Assembly: GCA_043228905.1 (NCBI GenBank)
Contig: JBHGNT010000551.1
Span: 1-20,990, forward strand
Direction of reading: 5' to 3'
DNA length: 20,990 bases
DNA from: Azolla caroliniana
Taxonomy: Eukaryota > Plantae > Polypodiophyta
Shown here in pieces: positions 1 to 8,215 of the stretch. The position numbers and the translations under genes were made by a program. A model generated the notes under the pieces. That model saw only the letters and a list, made by a program, of their open reading frames with translations. It did not search any database and was not told where the DNA came from. The stretch's first letter is position 1; each line of letters starts with the position of its first letter.

Positions 1-1798
1 ATGGTCCGGTTCATCCTCTCAGACAGCCCGTTCAGTTCCGGCGTCTTCGGCACGGTAAATTCGAGCCGGATTCCCTTCGAGCGACAGTACTCCTCGAACT
101 GCCCCCGGTATTCGCCTCTATTATCTGCTCGAACCGCCTTCAGCTTCTGGCTGGTTTCTCTTTCCACTCTCGCGTGGAGCTCTTTGAAGACGGATAGCAC
201 CTGATCCTTCATCTTCAACGGTGTGGCCCACAGCTTCTGGTTGTGGTCATCTATGAACGTCACGAAGTACTGCGATCCTACATGTGACTTCGAGTCCACT
301 TGACACACATCAATATGCACCAACTCCAGTGGTGCATTACGTCTCATCGGTGGCCTTGTTCGGAAGGAGGTCCGGTTTTGCTTACCGGCCAGACAATCAG
401 TGCACTTCTCCAAGTGCACATTCTTCACTGGAATGAGGTTGTCGTCTACAAGCCTCTTCATCCCCTTCTCACTCATGTGACACAGCCTTTTGTGCCACAC
501 CTCACCGACAATGGCGGATGCCACGTTCACTTCCTCCGGACATAACTGGGCATTCATCAGGTACAGTGTGTTTACCTTCCGGGCCCGAGCCACAATTAGG
601 CTCCCTTTGCTGAACTTCATAGCACCATTCCGGATGCTACCCGTGTAGCCTTCATCATCTAGCCGACCGGCTGATATCATGTTTAGACGAACCTCCGGAA
701 CGTGTCGGACATCCTTCAGCAGCAGCTTGCATCCGGTTGGTGTTGCCAACCACACGTTTCCTATGCCAACAATTCGGCAAGTACCTTCATTCCCCATCCG
801 GACACAGCCATGATCACCGGCTGAGTAGGATGAGAAACATTTCCGGTCCGGGGTAAGGTGGAACGACGCTCCGGAGTCGACCACCCAGGTCATCTCGTCG
901 CCGGCAAGGTTTAGCTCACTCTCCTCGGTGATAAGCATCAACTCTTCTTCACTTGCCGCGATTGTTGTCGTTCCCTTCCGGTCCGGCCCCCTCCGGTCTT
1001 TACCGTTCCGGTCCGGTGTCCGCTTCGAATCGGTACCGTCGATTTCCTTGTCTATTCGGAAATGCCGACAATTCTTCTGGAAGTGTCCCGGCTTGCCGTA
1101 ATAGAAGCAAGTAGGCCTCCCCCTTGACTTTGACCGTGTCCCCGACTTTTCCCGGTTCTGGGGACTACGATTTCTTTGTCTTCCGCGTTCTGATTCGGTA
1201 AGGAGCGCTTTGGGGTCGGAGCTCGTATCCTTATCTTTCCGACGCGCCTCCTCATCTAGCAAGCTCGACTTCACTCTTGCTAGGGATAACCGTTTACCTT
1301 CCGGCCCGGCGTTGCCCAAAGGGACAACCAACGTCTCCCAGCTATTCGAGAGGGAACCGAGCAGGAGTAGCGAACCTCATCGGCGAGAGGTACTTCCAAC
1401 GATGTTTCCTGGTGTATCAGCCCCTGGAAAGCATTCATGTGCTCCGCCATGCTGGAGCCATCTTGGTACCGGAGTCTTACTAGCTTCCGGAATACCGAAA
1501 CCTAATTAACAGCATTTTTGTTTTGAAACATATTGTCGATCTTCTTCCCGAGCTCATGAGCCTTGCTCTCTTCATTGAAGTTGTTCTATAGGCTCATGTC
1601 GATGAAGCACCGTATGTACGTCAATGTCTTCATGTGCATTACCTCCCATATCGCGGCGTCGATTTTGTCCAGTCTCTTGTCCCCGAACTGAACTGGCAGC
1701 CAGAGGTCTTTAACCACGAGCATGTCCCTCATCTTTGACTTCCACACCGAATAGTTGGAGCCAGTGAGCTTGAACATGCCTCCCAACGAATCGTCCAT
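1..1798 (-). pseudogene. Degenerate Copia gag-protease-integrase
   Basis: Gag start MDDSLGGMFKLTGSNYSVWKSKMRDMLVVKDLW, with a stop at 1586-1588 and later frameshifts. Zn knuckle CFYYGKPGHFQKNC (~1070-1110). Protease WVVDSGASFH (~860-890). Integrase motifs WHKRLCHMS..CTDC, YFVTFIDD and TPELNGLSERMNRT. Confidence 0.92.
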
Positions 1799-1813
1799 TT
1801 TCTGTGTCGTTTC

Positions 1814-1825
1814 GCTCTTATACCA
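1814..1825 (-). promoter_or_regulatory. Primer-binding site (tRNA-iMet type) of Copia-A
   Basis: Minus strand TGGTATAAGAGC, one mismatch to canonical TGGTATCAGAGC, 3 nt from the LTR end. Confidence 0.88.
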
Positions 1826-1828
1826 GTT

Positions 1829-2125
1829 TGATAGGAACTACACGCTCCGATGAACACCGCTTGGCCACAACCGAGTCTAAGATCAAACACAGAAAACGGG
1901 AATGAATACACACGACACAAAGGAGAGAAGAGAACACATGATGTTTAACGTGGAAAACCCTGAGAGGGAAAAACCACGGGAGTCCACAGTCTCCAAACTA
2001 TCATTATATCACAATGGTTACAATAGTGAGTTCACAGAGGCGACGACCTCGTGCTCACGATCTTCGCCACAGGCGGCGGTTACAACAGAGGCAACGGCCT
2101 CTTCTTCTCTCTCTCTCTCTGTACA
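1829..2125 (-). repeat. Copia-A 5' LTR, PBS-proximal segment
   Basis: Begins TG on + (CA on -) next to the PBS. Collinear with the first half of the LTR at 19782-20367 (ccacaaccga, tggaaaacc, aaaacca, atcattatat, CT tract, taca). Confidence 0.88.
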
Positions 2126-2161
2126 AACATGTTCGCGTTCACAAGTGGAAGGATTGCGCAT
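2126..2161 (+). repeat. Left terminal inverted repeat
   Basis: AACATGTTCGCGTTCACAAGTGGAAGGATTGCGCAT is the reverse complement of 11319-11354 with 3 mismatches; preceded by the TSD TACA. Confidence 0.93.
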
Positions 2162-2499
2162 TCCACTTGTAGAATCTTCTTAAAACGAAGAAAATACACC
2201 CTCTCTACAATAATTGGATGCACTAGTATCACATGTTCCTCAACTTGATAAGAATTTGCAAATATAAAAATACATGATAGATCTACGAGTGGAGATCATT
2301 AGAAATCATGCAAGTTTAGACATGTTGATAAGTTAATGTAGGCATAATAAAGTTCAACTATGGCTCAATATGGCACTATTGTGCGACAAGGGAAACACTA
2401 ACTTAAAGACTTATATTAATTAGGTAGGTTTTACAAAAATATGAGGTGTACTTGTATCCATACTAATAAAATGAGATATAATTTATACTTTGACCCATA

Positions 2500-2780
2500 C
2501 GTGCATGTATGTAATTGTGGAAAATGTAGGATAGTGCACATTAGGATAAGTGATTGGAATAACTAACTTATTAAAGTATTCAATACTTATATTAAAAGTT
2601 GATCTAATCTATTCCTCAGTTTGTTCATATGGGATCAAACCATATGTGTATATAATTGTGCACAATGTAAGGCAATGAACTTTAGGATAATGTCGTGGAA
2701 ATAACAAACCTATTAGGCTTTCATACCTGTATTTAAAATTGATCTACTCTATTGCTTAGGTGATTCACACAAGATCAAAC
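2500..2780. repeat. Degenerate ~140-bp tandem duplication in the left non-coding arm of the transposon
   Basis: Two diverged copies share taattgtg...aatgta...ttaggataa...ttgatcta.tctatt...gatcaaac. Boundaries are approximate. Confidence 0.6.
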
Positions 2781-3173
2781 TCCGAACGATAACGCAACTG
2801 GAACCATTATCAACACACTACACAATCTAAGCAGCAATGGAATAGAAACATAATAGTTTTAACAATATAAGACAAAGATCCATAATAACAACATGGACAG
2901 TCATGGCAACAATTATAGGGCCATGTTCTGTTAAGGTTAGCTTGGACCAAAATTAGCCTCCATTTAAGCTAGTTCATGTTTCTCCATAAGTTTGGTAGTC
3001 AACTATGCACGCGGTGAAACCAATATCATAAATCTACTAATCAAGTATACAAAAATAAAATTGAAACATATAGATGATTATAAAGAATAGAATCCACTAG
3101 GTAAAACCCAAAATTTGTTTTAATAATGTGAAATCTTAACAAATCGTCAGTGTCATATTCTTTATAGAGTCTA

Positions 3174-3526
3174 TTACATAGCAATCAATTCATCAACGTC
3201 ATTTTCTTCATCATCTTGTGTAGAACTCTCTTCGGCTATACGTGCATTGGTTTCCCCTGTTAGCCAAGCCAACGAAATATCTTCTATAAGCTCATCATCA
3301 AGCTCTATTAGCTCCCCCGGTTCACCGGCTAACGGAGGAATAGGCTCTCGCGAAGCAGGTTGAAACCTTTCTGTATTGGCGAGGTTCTTTGCACCGACCT
3401 CCTCATCCTGGTCTGGGCACTCCCACAAAGCCTTAATCCGCATATTAATAAATATAACTTGGTCCTCGTCCTTCTCCAATGCAACTGTATTTCTAAACAG
3501 CTTCAATGCACATGCTGACGTAGTTC
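3174..3526 (-). CDS. Exon 6 of ParB-MTase: end of the SAM-binding motif plus acidic tail
   Basis: Acceptor catcatag|GA; reads GTTSACALKLFRNTVALEKD, then a D/E-rich tail to TAA. Confidence 0.85.
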
Positions 3527-6500
3527 CTATGATGTAAGTAACAAGAAGATTTAGTTGTCAAACAAAAAAAAAGTGATTGGTTATCTCAAGATCGTTACCC
3601 TAGTTCGAGGAATACCTGTGCCAGAAAAGAGATCTAATATCCAGTCTCCTTCGACAGAAAACATCTCGATCAAGCGCATCATAAGTCGTTGAGGTTTTTG
3701 GTATGGGTTGACAAGTCCCCGTTCTGTCGTGGTGACATGTCGCAATTTCCGAGTCACTGCTGGATATACCAACAGATTTGAACCTCCCACTTCATTAGAA
3801 TGCTCTTTGATTCTCTGTTTTTTAATTTCATCGAAGTAGCCAACCGTTATGTATTCAATGGCATTAACGAACCGAAAAGTTGGCCCTCTATTTACATTGG
3901 TCTTGATCCTATAAAAAATAATTCAACGAGTTAAGAATAGATTCAACAACCTTAAGAATTGCAATATAATGAAAGACACCTATAAATAATCCTTACCATG
4001 CAAGGTTCTCGATGCCATGGCAACAAGATCTCAAAGCTTGAGCTACCGAGTACCCTTGGTCCATACTATGAAAGACAACTATTCGCCACAAGGATGCGGT
4101 CGTTAGCTCAGCGAAATCCTTGACCATCTTCTCCAATTGTTTAAACCTAAACGGTTCATCGTCGTATGATGACCCAGCCATTCGAAATCCGTAAGGAATA
4201 TCCGCAATCATTAGCGTATATTCCTTCTTTGGCACCTTCTGGATCAAGTCGATGACATCACCGCAAACCACATTGTAGTAAAGATCTCTCGTAATATCTT
4301 TTTTGTGGCTAAATTTTTTAAACGAGCCATCTTCCTCCATTTCGTACGCCTTGACTAAGCGACGATCCTTTTCTTTTCTGGCTCGCTCGAGATGTGCAAG
4401 GAAGGATGTAGGGAAATCGTGTATATCCTTAACTTCTCCTTGTTTCTTGCCTCGACACGGTTTCTAATAGAAGCAATAGGACATCAGGTATTATTATACA
4501 AGCTCTACATATGATGAAAGGGTAATGAAAAAACATGAATACTAACCCAATCCTTGAATGCAATAAAATACTCTGATAACGCCTTATACGAAGACGTTAG
4601 AGGATAATCCTCGGTCTCTTGTTCCCAAGTTATACATCCAAGTTGTTTCATCATAACTTCTTGGATCTTCATGTACACCTTATGACTGTAAAATTAGAAA
4701 TCAAGATTAGAACTTTGAATTACACAAGATAGACTACAATTTCAGTATTTGAAAGACTTACTTATTGAACTCAGTGACCATTTCTTCAAGGCTTAAATCT
4801 TTCGCCACAACCCTTGACAAAACCGACACAAGAAGCTGCTCGTCCTTAATACCTTGCATCGCTCTCCATAGAGACAGCTTCATGTCGTCTGCCGCTTCTT
4901 CAATTGTCAAGTCAATTTTCTTGGCGGCTTGTGACTTTAATTCTAGTTGAGGGTCAACCCTACATTTCTTTTGTCGTTGACCCTTTACCTCCTTATTCTC
5001 CCACATTGAGAATATTTGATCTTGGAGGTCCCATACTTCTCCATCTCTAAACGCCAATTGAAACCAAGACTCATACTTTCGAAGACCATCGGACCTAACA
5101 TTATCATCTACCACAATGCCGACTTCATGCAGACATTGACGTCGAAGGCCTGGATGTAACTTCACACCAAACTTTTGTTTCACATCTAAATACTCGTGGT
5201 GGAAGAACCGTATACGCTCAATAGACGACATTTTCTGCCGATAGTCATTATCATTATTATGGTCCCATGCCAACAGCTTAGCCTCTTCGGTTGTGAGCCC
5301 AACATAAATTTTGCACTCGGCATACTTGAAGAAGAAAGTGGTTGGATGTTCTCTCACAAGTTGTCGACGTGCCTCTGCTGAATGCGATCCACCAATGACA
5401 AAATAATTATATTGATCATGCTTTCTGATATCAAAATCTTCAATGGTTTCACATTCTTCAGGATCCACCATAACAATAAAAGGCACCACAGTGGCATGAG
5501 GATTAATTTTCATTTTTTTCTTGAGATTTTGAACATGCATGCGATGAGGCTCTCTAATCTCAAGTGGTCTTCGACCTGTTTTTTCATCAATAGGGGGCCG
5601 ATGGATGTGTGTTATAGGCAAATTAAATACTTGCCCTTTCCTGACCAGCTTCCGTTGCATTAACTCTCTCCTTATTTTATTCTGCTCGGATGACAAGACA
5701 CCCGAGGCCAGCTCGGCTCTTGGCGTCCCCTTATTATCCTCTTCTTCATTTTCACTTGTTGAATCCGTATCCGACATTTTCGTTGTCTTCTTCTTGGCTG
5801 GTCTTGACTGAACTTTGGATACCTTTTTTGTGGCCTTCAAGGTGGAGGGCTCTTCATCTCTTAGAGTTACATGGCCTTGTATATAAGGCCTCAAGGTAAC
5901 AATCAGGTTTTGTGAGTTATGAAGTGCTTTTTTGAACACTTCAGGCCCACAAGATTCCTTTACTAAAAGGTCTTCTGAAAGGAACACTTTACGTACCCCC
6001 TTGGAGCACTCTATCATTACCAGTATGTTGGCCGAATCTGCATCTTCGTAGTCAAATCGTAGAATTCGGCCATACATAAATGGGGTTTCTTTTCCAAGCT
6101 GCCCCTCACCCTTCTTCTTTGTTGTATACAATACGACTTTTTTCTTTGAGTCGACATATTGCATACACCATTCCTTGTCCGTTAGATCTCGGTCAGGAAG
6201 GTCTTCGCCTCCAGTAGCGGCGACAAGTTTCTTTTGGCTAACATCACTATGTGGCTGAGATTTTGTCTCTTCGTTAAAGAGAAGCTTTTTTCCTCTCTTC
6301 ATGGTCTCAGGAGTTACCTTGGTCTGGGCTTCGATTGGAGAACCTTGTATGCGAAGCTTAATTTTCTTCACGGGTCGGTCCGACAGGTTCTCAAACGACC
6401 TATTTAAGAAAGTATATGCAAAAACATAAGTTAGACAGTCACGTAGATTGAAGTTGTATATTATAATGAAGAACAGTTTCCAGGAGCAGTAACATATTCA

Positions 6501-7393
6501 AAAATCTATTATAGGCAGGGTTATTCAACTTAGAAAATATAGGTCGTAATAAGTAAAACGGGTTATATATTCTTTTAAATAGTAGGTATGACTTATATAG
6601 ATTCTAAACCTATATTGAGGATAATTTGCCATAGTGAAGGCAATTTGTAGATCATTTTCTATTATTTTAAGCTAAAGTAGGTTATAAAACACCTATAATT
6701 AGAGCATGTATTTCTTTAAAAGTAAGTAAAGTCAACATAAAAAAGACTGATTTTGCCAGACAATTTGATATCATTTCCACCCCATAAACGATTTTTCTCT
6801 CTCAAAGCCTTCTTATATACACGAACTCGATACGGCGTATCGAGTTCGTGTTTAAAACCTACACTTTAAACACGAACTCGATATGGTGTATCGAGTTCGT
6901 GTTTAAAACCTACACTTTAAACCGGAACTCGATACGCCGTATCGAGTTCATGGTTAAAGTATAGGTTTTAAACACGAACTCGATACGCCGTATCGAGTTC
7001 GTGTATAAATATTTGTATTGTATACATGAACTCGATACGCTGTATCGAGTTCATGGTTAAAGTGTAGGTTTTAAACACGAACTCGATACGGCGTATCGAG
7101 TTCGTGTTTAAAACCTACACTTTAAACACGAATTCGATACGGCGTATCGAGTTCGTGTTTAAAACCTACACTTTAAACACGAACTCGATACGGCGTATCG
7201 AGTTCGTGTTTAAAACCTACACTTTAAACATGAACTCGATACGGCGTATCGAGTTCATGTATACAATACAAATATTTATACACGAACTCGATACGCCGTA
7301 TCGAGTTCTTGAGAAACGAAACATATTTACAAAAATGTCCACAGTGTCAGAGGCCTACCTGGAGTCCTCGCGCTCGATTCTCTTTGAAGACAT
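3174..7393 (-). CDS. Six-exon ParB/Srx-like domain + beta-class DNA amino-methyltransferase (N6-adenine/N4-cytosine) fusion protein, ~974 aa
   Basis: Exons on -: 7393-7359, 6399-4762, 4685-4547, 4463-3997, 3908-3616, 3526-3174. All five introns are GT..AG (959, 76, 83, 88, 89 nt) and phase-compatible. The joined 2925 nt have no internal stop. Motif order: ParB-like domain, then GDVIDLI, ADIPYG (motif IV), WIK..E, YQKPQRLMMRLI, ILDLFSGTGTT (motif I), ALEKD. Confidence 0.88.
3616..3908 (-). CDS. Exon 5 of ParB-MTase: motifs X and I
   Basis: ttttatag|G ... ACAG|gtattc; reads (W)IKTN..AIEYITVGY..NPYQKPQRLMMRLIEMFSVEGDWILDLFSGT(G). Confidence 0.87.
3997..4463 (-). CDS. Exon 4 of ParB-MTase: catalytic motif IV (DIPY at 4202-4191)
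   Basis: ctattag|AAA ... TG|gtaagg; reads VVCGDVIDLIQKVPKKEYTLMIADIPYG. Confidence 0.87.
4547..4685 (-). CDS. Exon 3 of ParB-MTase (missing from the ORF track)
   Basis: ttttacag|T ... TGG|gttagt; open frame HKVYMKIQEVMMKQLGCITWEQ...FIAFKDW bridging exons 2 and 4 in phase. Confidence 0.8.
4762..6399 (-). CDS. Exon 2 of ParB-MTase: basic N-terminus, possible beta-barrel, ParB/Srx-like domain (~5640-5195) and helical region
   Basis: LPITHI..IREP..HVQNLKKKM..VPFIVM..YFVIGGSHSAEARRQL..CKIYVGLTTEEAKLLAWDHN..KMSSIER follows the ParB N-terminal pattern. Splice sites aaatag|G and AA|gtaagt. Confidence 0.85.
6819..7308. repeat. Array of 10 palindromes with a 51-52-bp period, inside intron 1 of the ParB-MTase gene
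   Basis: Core ACACGAACTCGATACG-[G/C]-CGTATCGAGTTCGTGT, extended by TTTAA/TTAAA to 43 bp. Centres at 6835, 6886, 6937, 6988, 7040, 7091, 7142, 7193, 7244, 7296. Linkers are ACCTACAC or an AT-rich variant, in either orientation. Confidence 0.97.
7359..7393 (-). CDS. Predicted exon 1 of ParB-MTase (MSSKRIEREDSR)
   Basis: accATG context and donor CAG|gtaggc. The 2-nt overhang AG plus the first G of exon 2 gives an in-frame Arg. A TATA box lies ~145 nt upstream. Confidence 0.72.
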
Positions 7394-7427
7394 GGTTGAT
7401 CGTGCTGAAGTGGAGGCGGAGATCGCG

Positions 7428-7511
7428 CTTTCGTGCTTTGTGCTCTGAGTGCTTTGTGTGCTCTGTGTGCTCTCTGCGTTCTGTGTGCTCTGTACGCTCT
7501 GTACGCTCTGG
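7428..7511. repeat. Short ~9-bp tandem repeat (GTGCTCTGT-like) in the predicted 5' UTR
   Basis: gtgctttgt gctctgagtgctttgt gtgctctgt gtgctctct ... acgctctgt acgctctg. Confidence 0.7.
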
Positions 7512-7536
7512 TGAGTGAAATATGATGAGGTCTTCC

Positions 7537-7544
7537 TATTTATA
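7537..7544 (-). promoter_or_regulatory. Putative TATA box of the ParB-MTase gene
   Basis: Minus strand CCTATAAATAG, followed ~25-30 nt later by an initiator-like TCACTCAC. Confidence 0.6.
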
Positions 7545-8215
7545 GGGATTGAACCCATGGTTAAAGTAACCATAGTCACCTTAACCAATGTTGGTAACTT
7601 TGAGGATAGTTAGTTGGTAACCATAGTCACATTAACTAGAGTAACTTATGATTGTATTAATGATTACAAAGTCAAACTAACATATTGATCAATCTTTTAT
7701 AGTCATAACAACCTACAATCACTTCAAAGGTTATGAAGGAGACAATGATAGAGGTTCATGAATGTACCAATGATTGATTACTAAAAGCAACAATTTTTAT
7801 GACTCTCAAATGTTATGTATTAAAGATGTGGGCATGAATTAACCAATGATTGATAAGTCTAATATTTAAAATGGTGAGCATTAAAGAACCAATGAGTGAG
7901 ACGTTCTATATCAAAATGGGTGTCATTAATTAGCCAATGATTTTAACATTAATCCAACATATTCAAGGCTTGTTAATGATTAGTTTTATATTTTACTTGA
8001 GGTAACATCATTTAGATCTAGTTTATATAATGATTGATAATTTAAGTTAAATTACTTTATTAAAAATAATTTTTAGATGTATTGTATTAATAGAATATTA
8101 CATAATATAGACATTCTATTGATTTGGCTTTTGTTTAGAGAGAAGTTTATGTTTAGGGAGGAGTATATGGTTAGAGAGGAGTATAACTTAGAGAGCCCTA
8201 TCTAGACCTTAAGCC

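Noticed and set aside
3174-6399. Bacterial contamination or prophage ParB/MTase operon, or several separate small genes
   Set aside because: Spliceosomal introns join the ORFs in phase, and the gene lies inside TIRs with a TSD within a plant Copia LTR.
6819-6851. Canonical bacterial parS site
   Set aside because: No resemblance to TGTTTCACGTGAAACA; only the palindromic architecture is analogous.
6819-7308. CRISPR array
   Set aside because: Linkers are short and repeated rather than unique spacers, orientation flips within the array, no cas genes are present, and the context is a eukaryotic intron.
7104-7448. 114-aa ORF with a 17-aa repeat
   Set aside because: A by-product of the 51-bp palindrome period, antisense to intron 1/exon 1; no independent coding evidence.
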